Positions 43,141 through 58,900 of a stretch of 64,000 nucleotides of DNA are shown here, one piece after another. The position numbers were made by a program, and so were the translations under genes. Numbering within the stretch: the stretch's first letter is position 1; each line of letters begins with the position of its first letter. Source of the stretch: Eledone cirrhosa (Eukaryota). The notes under the pieces were generated by a model. The model worked only from the letters and a program-made list of their open reading frames with translations. It did no database searches and had not been told where the DNA came from. Location of the stretch: NCBI GenBank assembly GCA_964016885.1, contig OZ024760.1, positions 1,116,001 to 1,180,000 on the forward strand. Direction: 5' to 3'.

Positions 43141-43820
43141 GGGATCATGTCATATAGTAGTGAAATCAAGTCATACAGTAGTGACATCAAGTTATATAGT
43201 AGTGGGATCAAGTCCTATAGTAGTGGGATCAAGTCCTATAGTAGTGGATCAAGTCATATAGTACTGGGATCAAGTCCTATAGTAGTGAGATCAAGTCATA
43301 TAGTAGTGGCATCAAGTTATATAGTAGTGGGATCAAGTCGTATAGTAGTGGGATCAAGTCGTATAGTAGTGGGATCAAGTCGTATAGTAGTGGGATCAAG
43401 TCGTATAGTAGTGGGATCAAGTCGTATAGTAGTGGGATCAAGTCGTATAGTAGTGGGATCAAGTCGTATAGTAGTGGGATCAAGTCGTATAGTAGTGGGA
43501 TCAAGTCATATAGTAGTGAGATCAAGTTGTATAGTAGTGGGATCAAGTCATATAGTTGTCGGATCAAGTCATATAGTAGTGGGATCAAGTCGTATAGTAG
43601 TGGGATCAAATCATGTAGTAGTGAGATCAAGTCACGTAGTAGTGGGATCAAGTCGTATAGTAGTGGGATCAAGTCATGTAGTAGTGAGATCAAGTCATAT
43701 GGTAGTGGGATCAACTCATGTAGTAGTGAGATCAAGTCATATGGTAGTGGGAACAAGTCGTATAGTAGTGGGATCAAGTCATGTAGTAGTGAGATCAAGT
43801 CATATGGTAGTGGGATCATA
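43141..43820. repeat. 21-bp minisatellite (~32 copies)
   Basis: GGGATCAAGTCGTATAGTAGT. Confidence 0.95.
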
Positions 43821-43930
43821 TAATGTGTCTGGCTCAAGACCAATAATACAAATATCGAGACCAATAATATAGTGTTGAGCTTAAGTTGATTCTCAAAAAC
43901 AATGGTCTGAGGGGTTAAGGACTCATAGCA

Positions 43931-44480
43931 TTGTTGTTGTTGGTGGTGGTGGTGTTGTTGTTGCTGTGTTTGATGTTGTTACTGTTGTTGTTGCTGTCTT
44001 TAGTGTTGCTATCGGTGTTGACATTGTTGTCTTTGGTATTTTTGTTGTTACTGCTGTTGTTATTGTTGTTGCTGTTGTTTGTCTTTGGTGTTGTTACTGT
44101 TGTTGATGTTACTCTCTTTGGTGCTGTTGTTGTTGGTGGTGGTGTCTTTAGTGTTATTGTTGCTGGTGTTATTGTTGTTATTGCTGTGACTGGTGGTGGT
44201 GTTATGGTCTTTGTTGTTGTTGTTACGGTCTTTGTTGTTGTTGTTACGGTCTTTGGTGTTGTTGTTGTTGTTACGGTCTTTGGTGTTGTTGTTGTTGTTA
44301 CGGGCTTTGGTGGTTTTGTTGTTGTTGTTACGGTCTTTGTTGTTGTTGTTACGGTCTTTGGTGTTGTTGTTGTTGTTACGGTCTTTGGTGTTGTTGTTGT
44401 TACGGGCTTTGGTGGTGTTGTTGTTGTTGTTACGGTCTTTGTTGTTGTTGTTACGGTCTTTGGTGTTGTTGTTGCCGTTT
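43931..44480. repeat. (GTT)n-based compound repeat
   Basis: Direct reading. Confidence 0.9.
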
Positions 44481-45366
44481 TCCAGGTCTTTAACAACAGC
44501 CCCCCCCCCCCCCCTCCACTACAAGAATGGTAACTTGGAAGAAACTTTGAAAATGATATTTTTACTGACACTATATAGGGAAAATATATGGTGTTTGGTA
44601 ACTAAATAGTCTCTCACTCTCTCTCTCTCTCTCTCCTCCTCCCCCCTCTCTCTCTCACGATATTTCACTGCCCCTCTCTAATACTGCTTTACTCTCTCTC
44701 ACTCTCTAATACTTTCTGTTTTGGTCTCTTTGAATTACTCCTCAATGCTTTCTCTCTCTTTTCATCATCTTCATTGTTATTTGAGTGTGTGTGTGTGTAT
44801 ATATGTGTGTGTGTGTCTATATATGTATATGTGTGTGTGTGTATATATATATATATATGCATATATATGTATATATATATATAGCTGTTAAGATGTTTTC
44901 ATTTAAACACTGTGATTAACACATCATATCTGAAGACTGCTATTAGGGATAAAGTGAAGAAGGGAAATAATAATAATAATAATAATAATAATCCAAGTGT
45001 AATAAAAAAAACTGATAAGATTAAGTAGACAAGAAGGCATCTTGTTTTATAGAATATGATGTATATAGGCTTGTATGTATGTATGTATGTATGTATGTAT
45101 TTATGTATGTGCATATATATGTATGTATGCACGTATGTGTATATGTATGAATATTCATGTTTATATATATACATATATATGTGTGTATTAGTGTGTGGAT
45201 GTATTTATATGTGCTTATATATAATATATATAGATATATATATGGGTGTGTGTGTGTGTGTATATATATGTATATATATATGTGCACTTGTTTGTGTGTG
45301 TGGATGTATATATATATATATACACTTGTTTGTGTGTGTGGATGTATATATATATATACACTTGTT

Positions 45367-45439
<73 letters not shown>

Positions 45440-45594
45440 CACTCGTGTGTGTTTGTTTGTGTGTGTATGTATATATATATATATATATATACACTTGTGT
45501 GTGCTTGTGTATGTATGTGTGTATACATACATGCTTTTGTAAGTAATACTGTTGTAGATAAGGATACCATAATCTCTGCCCATTTTACCTCCAC

Positions 45595-46325
45595 CACCAC
45601 TGACAACAACGACAACAACACCACCACCACGAACAACACCACCACCACGAACAACACCACCACCACCAACAACACCACCACCACCAACAACACCACCACC
45701 ACGAACAACACTACCAACACCCACCACCACCACCATAACCACCAACACCACCACCACCACCAACAACACTACCAACACACCACCACCATAACCACCAACA
45801 CCAACACCACCACCACCAACAACACTACCAACACCCACCACCATAACCACCAACACCACCACCACCACCAACAACACTACCAACACACCACCACCATAAC
45901 CACCAACACCAACACCACCAACAACACTACCAACACCCACCACCATAACCACCAACACCACCACCACCACCAACAACACTACCAACACACCACCACCATA
46001 ACCACCAACACCAACACCACCAACAACACTACCAACACCCACCACCATAACCACCAACACCACCACCACCACCAACAACACTACCAACACACCACCACCA
46101 TAACCACCAACACCAACACCACCAACAACACTACCAACACCCACCACCATAACCACCAACACCACCACCACCACCAACAACACTACCAACACACCACCAC
46201 CATAACCACCAACACCAACACCACCACCACCAACAACACTACCAACACCCACCACCATAACCACCAACACCACCACCACCACCAACAACACTACCACCAC
46301 CACACCACCAACACACCACCACCAA
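45595..46325. repeat. (CAC/CAA)n repeat with ~100-bp higher-order unit
   Basis: Direct reading. Confidence 0.9.
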
Positions 46326-46394
46326 CATCACCTCTACCATAAGCTCAACACCACCAGCCCACCGCAAGCTTAACACCTATCTCTCATATCTCAG

Positions 46395-47495
46395 AAGGAT
46401 GAAAGGCAAAGTTAACTTTGGTGGGATTTGAACTCGGAACATCAAGAGTCACAAAAATAAATACCACAGCTCATTACCTGATGCTCTAACAGTTCTGACA
46501 ACCCATTGCCCTTTAATAAGGATTTCTAGTATAGGCACAAGGCCAGCAATTCTGGGGGAAAGGGGAAAGTCAATTAAATCAACCCCAGTGTATTACTGCT
46601 ACTTTATTTTATCGACCCTGTAAGGATGAAAGGCAAAGTTAACTTCAGCGGGATTTGAACTCAGAGCCTAAAGGGCCGTAACTCTATGCTGCAAAGCATG
46701 GTGTCCGACTATCTACTGATATTGCCAATCCACAACCCTTTAATAATGTTTTCAGATTTAGGCCCAAGGCCAGCAATTTTGGGGCAGGGGAAAGTCGTCT
46801 GAATCACCCCCAGTGTATTACGGGTACTTGATTTTATCAATAATATGCTTTGCTGCATATAGTTACGTCCCTTTACTTTCTGAGTTCAAATCCTGCCATG
46901 GTTAACTTTGCCTTTCTTCCTTACAGGAAGTAATATTTAAATAAAGCACCAGTAACGTTGCTGGCCTTCTGCCATCTTTGACTCTCAGCCACCTGTGGGA
47001 CGATGAAATAAAGTACCAGTGATATAGTGGGGTCGATTTAATAGACTCCACCCCCTCCTCCATTTTGTTGGCCTTCAGTCAGGTTTGCCTTTCAGCCATC
47101 TGTGGGTCGATGAAATAAAGTACCAGTAAAATACTAGGGTTGATTTAATCGACTCCCCACCCCTCCTCCATTTTGTTGGCCTTGTGTCAGCTTTGTGGGT
47201 CAATAAAATAAAGTACCAGTGAAATACTGGGGTTGATTTAATTAACTTCTCCCCCTCCTCCATTTTGTTGGCCTTGTGTCATCTTTGTGGCTCAATAAAA
47301 TAAAGTATCAGGGGTAAAATAAAATATTGGGGCCGATTTAATCGATTCCCCTCTCTCCATCCTCCATTTTGTTGGCCTTGAGTCATGTTTGCCTTTCAGC
47401 CATCTGTGGGTCAATAACTAAAGTACCAGTGATATACTGAGTCTATAATCAACTTTCCCTCCTAAACTGCTGGCACTGTGCCTAAGATGGAAACT
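46395..47495. mobile_element. Cluster of second-family SINE copies and fragments in both orientations
   Basis: Repeated gtcgat..aaataaagtaccagt and ttggccttgtg motifs. Confidence 0.8.
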
Positions 47496-48128
47496 ATTAA
47501 TAATTAAATAAACAAGTTTGAAATATGTGCCAGGTTATCCTCGTTAATATATATATATATATATTAATTAATTAGAGGAAAGTTTCTTCGTTAACAGGCA
47601 ATGATGATGTTTGTTAATTAACCAATTAATTACTTGCAGGTTATGCCGCCTTAACTGTATGTATGTATGTGTTTGTATGTATGTATGTATATGTTTGTAT
47701 GTTTGTATGTATGTATGTATTTGTATGTATGTATGTATGTATATGTTTGTATGTATGTATGTATGTGTTTGTATGTATGTATGTATGTATATGTTTGTAT
47801 GTTTGTATGTATGTATGTATTTGTATGTATGTATGTATATGTTTGTATGTATGTATGTATGTATTTGTATGTATGTATGTATATGTTTGTATGTATGTAT
47901 GTATGTATGCATGTACGTATATGTTTGTATGTGAATTTATGTATGTATTTATGTGTGTATATTGATTTATGTATACATTTAAGTATACTAGGATGTGTAT
48001 GTGTAAGTGTGTGTATGTGTATATGCATACAATTATATGAATATGTATATAAATATTATATACAACACACAGACACATTTACACTGGCAGTATATTAGTA
48101 TAACACAGCGGAACAAATAATGTTAGTC

Positions 48129-48463
48129 TTGCTGGCCACTGTCATCGTGCCACCTATGAGGCTGTGTCCCCATTAGTGCTTTGGAAACCACAAACAGTCA
48201 CTCATAACAGGGGGCGCAAGCTCTCCTATCCCAATTTGCTGGCCACTGCCATCGTGCCACCTATGAGGCTGTGTCCCATTAGTGCTTTGGAAACCACAAA
48301 CAGTCACTAATAACAGGGGCCACAAGCTCTCCTACCCCGATGTCATTTCAAGAGATTCTGGTATTGAAATCCAGGACTTGGCAACGGCAATGAACGACAG
48401 ACCCACGTGGAGATCAATTGTTGAGTGGATTTCAGCTGAGGCCACTGGATGATGATGATGATG
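48129..48463 (+). mobile_element. RTE-type LINE 3' end (family C) with ~105-bp internal duplication
   Basis: FAGHCHRA...LVLWKP...LSYPDVISRDSG..QDLATAMNDRPTWRSIV, (GAT)n tail. Confidence 0.75.
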
Positions 48464-48922
48464 AGTCCTTCATCAAAGAGGAAAATAGAGAAAGAAAAGC
48501 AGAATTTTGGAGGTATGGGTTAGGTGTGGAATAGAGGACAAACAAAGAAAATAACCCAAAGATGTGAAAGGGAGGAAGTTCACATGTATTCAAACCCTCC
48601 CCAACAACGTCCTTTTATGCCAGTTTTTCTATGCCTGCATGGATTGAATAGGTCTTTTCCAGCTCCCTCTACTTGTTGCATTCCCTTGCCATTCTGTCTG
48701 CCGGGGCTGTGGGGCAGCCAGCACATGGGACCCCCATTTGCTCAATATACAGAGAGATGTGGAGGACGAGAGAGTTGGGTGCGATGACGGTGGGAGTTCA
48801 GCTCTTCCATGTTTGGACACATTGCACCGGTCAAGAGTGTATTTTCATACTACAGACAGAGAGTCTGATGTACAGGCATTGGAAGGTTAAAGCCCCTCTT
48901 TGCTGCGATGTTCAACAATTAA

Positions 48923-49140
48923 CCCTTTAGTATTTAAACCGGCCATATTCGGTCAGAATTCTCTCACCTCTTTCGGTTTAAACCGGCTGTAATTGGCTGC
49001 TCATACTGATGTTAAGTTGTTCTTCTCAAAATAAATATCAAAATCTCATATATTTGATATTATGTGAGATAATTATGTGAGGCAAACCTTTACCTCAAAA
49101 ATACAATAGTAAATATAGAGTAATGTCAATGCTAAAGGGG
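48923..49140 (+). mobile_element. piggyBac-type MITE (short form)
   Basis: TTAA|CCCTTTAGTATT ... AATGCTAAAGGGG|TTAA; contains ~1.5 copies of the 44-bp unit. Confidence 0.85.
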
Positions 49141-49441
49141 TTAAACACTATTGCTATATTTACAGGCAATTCTAAATACCATTCTACAGAATATAGACAT
49201 TCGTTACTACAGTATACTAGTATACTAAATTCTTCATTAATTAATTGTTATAGAGTGTATGTCATATTATCAAAATCTCATATTTGATATTATGTGAGAT
49301 AATTATGTGAACTAAAGCCTTTACAATGAAAATATAATATTATATATAGAGTAATGTAAATGGTAAAGGGTTGAAGATCAGCTCTCACCACTACTACCCA
49401 GGTTTTGCTTGGTCTTCCTCTACTGTAGCTTCCAACCACCA

Positions 49442-49570
<129 letters not shown>

Positions 49571-49963
49571 GCAAGGAAAGCCGATGTTAAACGACGATGA
49601 TGAGGATATATATACACACACACACATATATACACACACACATACATACATATATACACACATATAATATGTATATAATTTCATATAACGAAACAATTCT
49701 AGTCTTGTAGAAGTCATTTCTATATATAATAAAGATGCCTTATACTCTACCAAAATGTTAACATATCTAACTGAGGATCACCCCCCTCCCAACACCACAT
49801 GGGAACCTCCATATCATATATAGATATACACACACACACATATATACACACACACACACACCCACATATACATATATATATGCATATATATACACATATG
49901 CATACGTATATATATATACATATATATATATGCATATATACACATATATACATACATATATAC

Positions 49964-50033
<70 letters not shown>

Positions 50034-50065
50034 GTGTGTATATATGCATATATATATATATACAC

Positions 50066-50096
<31 letters not shown>

Positions 50097-50181
50097 CACA
50101 CACACATACGCACACATTTATATATATATATATCATCATCATCATCGTTTAACGTCCATCTTCCACGCTTGCATGGGTTTG

Positions 50182-50227
<46 letters not shown>

Positions 50228-50233
50228 GCACAC

Positions 50234-50314
<81 letters not shown>

Positions 50315-50601
50315 GATACTGATAATAATAATAATGACAGCAATATAACAAAAACTATTAATACTAATATAACCCACTCTAACTCCCCCCCTCTCTCTCT
50401 ATATATATATACACCTCTCTCTGTCCCACACCCCACCCATACACCTACAAACCTACATTTCTCTTATTTTTTCTTCTTTTGTTTTGACCTTTATTTTCCA
50501 TGTTTTTTTCCTTTTGTTTCATGTTTTTTTTTCTCCTTGGTTTTCTGATATTTTGATTCCATCTATTGTCAGTTTCGGTTACTATGTTTATATCATATAT
50601 T

Positions 50602-50636
<35 letters not shown>

Positions 50637-50782
50637 ATGTCTATGTTGTATATATTTACTAATAACAAATACATACACACACATGTATATATATATGTGT
50701 GTGTGTGTGTGTATTTATATGTATATATATATATATATATATATCGTTTCTGCCAAGTTATCTGCAGGGAATTATTGTACTG

Positions 50783-50814
<32 letters not shown>

Positions 50815-50834
50815 GTTATATATGAATCTATGTA

Positions 50835-50877
<43 letters not shown>

Positions 50878-50969
50878 AGATAAGAGGGTGTGTATGTGTG
50901 TTAGAAGTGTTCAAATTTCAGTAGTGGTTGATCTTCGTTTCTGAGGAAATCAATTGTAATATACATACA

Positions 50970-51282
50970 CACATATACATCATTGAATATATACATACAT
51001 ATATTTATATATCGTTGAATATATACATACACATATATATTGTTCAATATACACATACAGACATATATCATTGGATATATACAGACACACACATATATCA
51101 TTGAATATATACATACATATCATTGCATATATACATACACACACACACATATATTATTGAATATATACACTCATATATATATATATATATCATTGCATAC
51201 ATACACACACACACACATATATCATTGAATATATATATATATCATTGCATATATACATACACACACACACATATATCATTGA

Positions 51283-51314
<32 letters not shown>

Positions 51315-51800
51315 CATTGCATATATACATACACATACACACATATATCATTGAATATATATATAAACACACATATATATCATTGATGAATATATATACA
51401 CATATATCTCATTGAATATATATACACACATATATCTCATTGAATATATACACGCACACATATATATCATTGAATATATACATACACACATATATATCAT
51501 TGAATATATAATTACATATACATCATTGAACATATACACACATATATATCATTGAATATATACATACACACATATATATCATTGAATATATACATACATA
51601 TATATCATTGAATATATACATACATATATATCATTGAGTATATACATGCATATATTATTGAATATATACAGACACATACACGCATATATCATTGAATATA
51701 TACATGTACACATATATGTCGTTAAATATAAATATATACACACATATATATATCATTGAATGTATACATACACACATACATCATTGAATATATACACACA
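50970..51800. repeat. Degenerate ~30-bp repeat ATCATTGAATATATA(CA)n
   Basis: Direct reading. Confidence 0.85.
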
Positions 51801-52049
51801 TATCTATATACTACTAAAACTCTGTGCCTGTGTGCAATTTAATACAACCAAAACAGTGTATAATAGCAAAATACTTTGAAAGGAAGTTGTCCCTGAAATG
51901 GAAATACAAATGGAATAAAACAAGTTTCACATAAATCGGAGCATGCGTTCCAGAGATACAGGGTTTTTTGGGGTAGCTTTATAAATAGAGAAAGAGAAAG
52001 ATAGAGTGCTTGTGCGAAAGTAGATTGAAAATTTCATTTTACATTGTAT

Positions 52050-53055
52050 ACATGTCTGTATATATTTTAATTATTTTAAAATATACACATGTCTGTATAT
52101 ATTTTAATTATTTTAAAATATAAACATGTCTGTATATATTTTAATTATTTTAAAATATACACGTCTGTATATATTTTAATTATTTTAAAATATATACATG
52201 TCTGTATATATTTTAATTATTTTAAAATATATACATGTCTCTATATATTTTAATTATTTTAAAATATACACGTCTGTATATATTTTAATTATTTTAAAAT
52301 ATATACATGTCTGTATATATTTTAATTATTTTAAAATATATACATGTCTGTATATATTTTAATTATTTTAAAATATGCACGTCTGTATATATTTTAATTA
52401 TTTTAAAATATATACATGTCTGTATATATTTTAATTATTTTAAAATATACACATGTCTATATATTTTAATTATTTTAAAATATACACGTCTGTATATATT
52501 TTAATTATTTTAAAATATATACATCATTTCATTTTACGTCCGCTTTTCCCTGCTTGCAAGGGTGGGACGGGAACTGATTCTGGCTTGATTTCTACAGCTG
52601 GATGCCCTTCCTAACACCAACCTCATTTACAGTGAGTGCTGGGTGCTTTTTTGCCGTGGCACCTCTACGACCACTTTGCAGTGGAATGATAGGGACCCCA
52701 GTCCCTATCATCTCATTTCTACAGCTGAGTAAACTGGAGCAATGTGAAATAAAGTGTCTTGCTCAAGGAAACAACACATCACCCGGTCTGAGAATTGAAC
52801 TCACAACCTTTCGATTGCAAGGCCAATGCTCTAACCACTAAGCCATGTGCCTACATGTCTGTATATATTTTAATTATTTTAAAATATACACATGTCTGTA
52901 TATATTTTAATTATTTTAAAATATATACATGTCTGTATATATTTTAATTATTTTAAAATATACACGTCTGTATATATATTAATTATTTAAAAATATATAC
53001 GTGTCTGTATATATATTAATTATTTAAAAATATATACGTGTCTGTATATATTTTA
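52050..53055. repeat. 35-37-bp AT-rich minisatellite interrupted by a SINE
   Basis: CATGTCTGTATATATTTTAATTATTTTAAAATATA(TA). Confidence 0.92.
52525..52851 (-). mobile_element. Full-length tRNA/CORE-like SINE with apparent TACAT target-site duplication
   Basis: Near-identical to 5053-5390; TACAT at 52520-52524 and 52852-52856. Confidence 0.9.
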
Positions 53056-53153
53056 TTTGCAAATTATTTTTAAGGGAACATGATTTAAAAAAAATACTTT
53101 TAAGTGAACATGGCCCAGTATATCATATATACACACATATATATATATCATTG

Positions 53154-53189
<36 letters not shown>

Positions 53190-53233
53190 CAGAATATCAA
53201 TAAATGAAGACATTCACATAATCAAAATATATG

Positions 53234-53297
53234 TTTTATTATATATATTTCGAAGGTACTGTGCTGTTTTTTCAGTACGTCCTCATCAGATAAAATA
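53234..53297 (-). ncRNA. Hammerhead ribozyme motif (family of 33050)
   Basis: Reverse complement TTTTAT-CTGATGA-GGA-C-GTACTG-(11 nt)-CAGTAC-C-TTC-GAAA-TATATA-TA-ATAAAA. Confidence 0.85.
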
Positions 53298-54509
53298 CAT
53301 GAATTGATGTATGACATACCTCAATGGTCTTGATGGTTCAATTCCAGTATTGGCAGAAAACTTCATTGTAGAGTGCTTTTAATCTATTGTAAAACTATAT
53401 TCATTGAGTAATCAATGAACCATATTAATCTTTGGTTATATATATATACACACACACACATTTATATCATATGTACATACACACATATATATGATTGAAT
53501 ATATATACACACACACATATTTATATAATTTATATCATATGATATACACACATATCATATATACATACACACATATATATGATTGAATATATATACACAA
53601 GCATATACCTCACTGAATATACACTATACACACCATTTGATACATACACATCAACGAACACACATTCACACACACACATACATTCATGCACACACACACA
53701 TACATACATTTATACACATACACACAATATGTGTTTGAATAACAGAACAGCCTGTTCCCAAAAATAATGTATGAGGATAGAAGCATTCAACAGATGCATT
53801 TTCCCATACCACTTTCTCAGGGAGATTCAGTGTAAATTAGTTGCTTGCTCAAGGTCACAGCACATTGCCTCATTCAGTTTTAATACCACTGAACTTTCTA
53901 CTTTAGCCTCAGGTTGTCTGACACCATCCTGATTGAAATTTGATAGACAGAAACTATGTGGAAGCCTGTTACATGTGTGTGTATATGTGTGTGTGTGTGT
54001 ATATTTGCCATTTGTTTATGTCCTGTATGAATCAGCCGACTTTCTTGGCCAAGACAAGTGTGACATCTTTTTTGACTTAAGCACCTGGGAACCCCCCCCC
54101 CCCCTAACACTTTCTCTATCTATCTTTCTCTCCTTCTCTCTCTATCTCTATCCCCCTCTTGCTCTCCCCCCTCTCTATTTCTCTATCCCTCTTCCCCCCC
54201 CCTCTCTATTTCTATCTCTATCCTCCTCTCCCTCTCAAGAGACTGTCCTATACTTTGGAACTGTTCTGTGTATTTTTGTAAATAAACAGTGCACAACTAT
54301 AACCTCAACCATAACTACAACAACCACAACCACAACAACCATAAACACAACAACTACAACCACTATAAGCACAACCACACCACCACCACAACTACAACCA
54401 TGGCCACAGCTACAGTTATAACCATAACTACAATCATAACAGTCACAATCACATTAACAACTGCAGCCATAACCACAACACTGCTACAACCATTGTGTTG
54501 AATTACTTG

Positions 54510-55105
54510 GTTAACAGTGGGGCAACTTAACAGTGGGTCAACTTAACAGTGGGGAAACTTAACAGTGGGGCAACTTAACAGCAGGACAACTTAAATATAG
54601 TTGGACAGCTTAAGTAACAGTGGGACAACTTAAATAACTGGGGGCCAGCTTAAATACAGTGGGACAACTTAAATACTGTGGGACAACTTAAATAACTGTG
54701 GAACAACTTAGATAATAGTGGGACTACTTAAATAACTTTGTGACAGCTTAACAGTGGGACAACTTACATAATTGTGGGACATCTTAAATAATAGTGGAAT
54801 CACTTAAATAACTGTGGGACAATTTACATAATAGTGGGACAGCTTAAATAACTGTGGGAAAACTTACATAATAGTGGGACCACTTACATATCTGTGGGAC
54901 AACTTACATATCTGTGGGACAACTTACATATCTGTGGGACAGCATACATAATAGTGGGACAACTTACATAGTAGTGGGATAGCTTAAATAGCAGTGGGAT
55001 AACTTAAATAGCTGTGGGACAACATAAATAATAGTGGGACAATTTAAATAATAGTGTGGCATCTTAATTAACTTTGGGACAACTTAAATAATAGTGGGAC
55101 AACAT
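54510..55105. repeat. ~20-bp minisatellite
   Basis: AGTGGGACAACTTAAATAAT. Confidence 0.9.
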
Positions 55106-55956
55106 AGCTGTGGGTCAACATAAAGACTAGTTGGACACAAATGGCTTGTTTATAAACAAACAAAAACAGTATAAGATTATAAAATAAGATTCGACACAGA
55201 ATAACATATATATACATACACATACACACACACCCATACACACACATACATACATACACATACATACACACAGCCACATACACACACACAGCCACATACA
55301 CACAACCACATACAGACAGACATTTACAAACATACACAATCAGGCACATACACACACATACACAGGCAGACAGACAGACAGGCACACTCACACACACCTG
55401 CACAGACACAGACAGATACAGGCACACACAGACACACACACACACAGACACACACACACACTCTGACAGACAGATACAGGCACACACAGGCACAGACACA
55501 CACAGACCTCCACAAACACACACATACACAAACACACCCACACACACCTCCACAGATGCACTCACACACTCACACATCTCCACAGACACACTCACACCTC
55601 CACAAACACACTCACACACACCTCCACAGACACACACACTCACACACCTCCACAAACACACTCACACACACCTCCACAGACACACACACTCACACACCTC
55701 CACAGACACACACACTCACACACCTCCACAGACACACACACACAGATATTTATCAGAGAAAAGAAAGCTATATAAAATAAACAGGCTGGTTTGTTTGTTT
55801 TGGCTGTTATTGTCATTTTTAATTTTTAATAAAAGTTTCTTTTGTTTCTGTGTGAATTGTTTGTGAAGTTAGAGGTCAAGTCTACTTTCATTACATGAAT
55901 TCTAGATAAATATATTCCAGTTGCTAGCTACAGGTGTCTTCTTCAGTCAGGTTTAA

Positions 55957-58900
55957 CTCTTTAGCATTTAAACTGGCGGCCATGTCCGGCCAGGACACTC
56001 TCACCTCTTTCTGTTCAAACCAGCCATATCTGGCTAGAACACTCTCACCTCTTACTGTTCAAACCAGCCATATCTGGCCAGAACACTCTCACCTCTTACT
56101 GTTCAAACCAGCCATATCTGGCCAGAACACTCTCACCTCTTACTGTTCAAACCAGCCATATCTGACCAGAACACTCTCACCTCTTACTGTTCAAACCAGC
56201 CATATCTGACCAGAACACTCTCACCTCTTACTGTTCAAACCAGCCATATCTGACCAGAACACTCTCACCTCTTACTGTTCAAACCAGCCATATCTGGCCA
56301 GAACACTCTCACCTCTTACTGTTCAAACCAGCCATATCTGGCCAGAACACTCTCACCTCTTTCTGTTCAAACCAGCCATATCTGGCTAGAACACTCTCAC
56401 CTCTTACTGTTCAAACCAGCCATATCTGGCCAGAACACTCTCACCTCTTACTGTTCAAACCAGCCATATCTGGCCAGAACACTCTCACCTCTTTCTGTTC
56501 AAACCAGCCATATCTGGCCAGAACACTCTCACCTCTTTCTGTTCAAACCAGCCATATCTGACCAGAACACTCTCACCTCTTACTGTTCAAACCAGCCATA
56601 TCTGGCCAGAACACTCTCACCTCTTACTGTTCAAACCAGCCATATCTGGCCAGAACACTCTCACCACTTTCTGTTCAAACCAGCCATATCTGGCCAGAAC
56701 ACTCTCACCTCTTTCTGTTCAAACCAGCCATATCTGACCAGAACACTCTCACCTCTTACTGTTCAAACCAGCCATATCTGGCCAGAACACTCTCACCTCT
56801 TACTGTTCAAACCAGCCATATCTGGCCAGAACTCTCTCACCTCTTATTGTTCAAACCAGCCATATCTGGCCAGAACACTCTCACCTCTTACTGTTCAAAC
56901 CAGCCATATCTGGCCAGAACACTCTCACCTCTTACTGTTCAAACCAGCCATATCTGGCCAGAATTCTCTCACCTCTTTCTGTTCAAACCAGCCATATCTG
57001 GCCAGAACTCTCTCACCTCTTTCTGTTCAAACCACCCATATCTGGCCAGAACACTCTCACCTCTTACTGTTCAAACCAGCCATATCTGGCCAGAACACTC
57101 TCACCTCTTACTGTTCAAACCAGCCATATCTGGCCAGAACACTCTCACCTCTTACTGTTCAAACCACCCATATCTGGCCAGAACACTCTCACCTCTTACT
57201 GTTCAAACCAGCCATATCTGGCCAGAACACTCTCACCTCTTACTGTTCAAACCACCCATATCTGGCCAGAACACTCTCACCTCTTACTGTTCAAACCAGC
57301 CATATCTGGCCAGAACACTCTCACCTCTTACTGTTCAAACCAGCCATATCTGGCCAGAACACTCTCACCTCTTACTGTTCAAACCAGCCATATCTGGCCA
57401 GAACTCTCTCACCTCTTTCTGTTCAAACCAGCCATATCTGGCCAGAACACTCTCACCTCTTACTGTTCAAACCAGCCATATCTGGCCAGAACACTCTCAC
57501 CTCTTACTGTTCAAACCACCCATATCTGGCCAGAACACTCTCACCTCTTACTGTTCAAACCAGCCATATCTGGCCAGAACACTCTCACCTCTTTCTGTTC
57601 AAACCAGCCATATCTGGCCAGAACTCTCTCACCTCTTACTGTTCAAACCAGCCATATCTGGCTAGAACACTCTCACCTCTTATTGTTCAAACCAGCCATA
57701 TCTGACCAGAATTCTCTCACCTCTTTCTGTTCAAACCAGCCATATCTGGCCAGAACACTCTCACCTCTTTCTGTTCAAACCAGCCATATCTGGCCAGAAC
57801 ACTCTCACCTCTTTCTGTTCAAACCAGCCATATCTGGCCAGAACACTCTCACCTCTTTCTGTTCAAACCAGCCATATCTGGCCAGAACACTCTCACCTCT
57901 TTCTGTTCAAACCAGCCATATCTGGCCAGAACACTCTCACCTCTTTCTATTTAAACCAGCCATATCTGACCAGAACACTCTCACCTCTTTCTGTTCAAAC
58001 CAGCCATATCTGGCCAGAACACTCTCACCTCTTACTGTTCAAACCAGCCATATCTGGCCAGAACACTCTCACCTCTTTCTGTTCAAACCAGCCATATCTG
58101 GCCAGAACACTCTCACCTCTTTCTGTTCAAACCAGCCATATCTGGCCAGAACACTCTCACCTCTTACTGTTCAAACCAGCCATATCTGGCCAGAACACTC
58201 TCACCTCTTTCTGTTCAAACCAGCCATATCTGGCCAGAACACTCTCACCTCTTTCTGTTCAAACCAGCCATATCTGGCCAGAACACTCTCACCTCTTACT
58301 GTTCAAACCAGCCATATCTGGCCAGAACACTCTCACCTCTTACTGTTCAAACCAGCCATATCTGGCTAGAACACTCTCACCTCTTATTGTTCAAACCAGC
58401 CATATCTGACCAGAATTCTCTCACCTCTTTCTGTTCAAACCAGCCATATCTGGCCAGAACACTCTCACCTCTTTCTGTTCAAACCAGCCATATCTGGCCA
58501 GAACACTCTCACCTCTTTCTGTTCAAACCAGCCATATCTGGCCAGAACACTCTCACCTCTTACTGTTCAAACCAGCCATATCTGGCTAGAACACTCTCAC
58601 CTCTTATTGTTCAAACCAGCCATATCTGACCAGAATTCTCTCACCTCTTTCTGTTCAAACCAGCCATATCTGGCCAGAACACTCTCACCTCTTTCTGTTC
58701 AAACCAGCCATATCTGGCCAGAACACTCTCACCTCTTATTGTTCAAACCAGCCATATCTGACCAGAATTCTCTCACCTCTTTCTGTTCAAACCAGCCATA
58801 TCTGGCCAGAACACTCTCACCTCTTTCTGTTCAAACCAGCCATATCTGGCCAGAACACTCTCACCTCTTTCTATTTAAACCAGCTGTAACTGGCCAGAAC

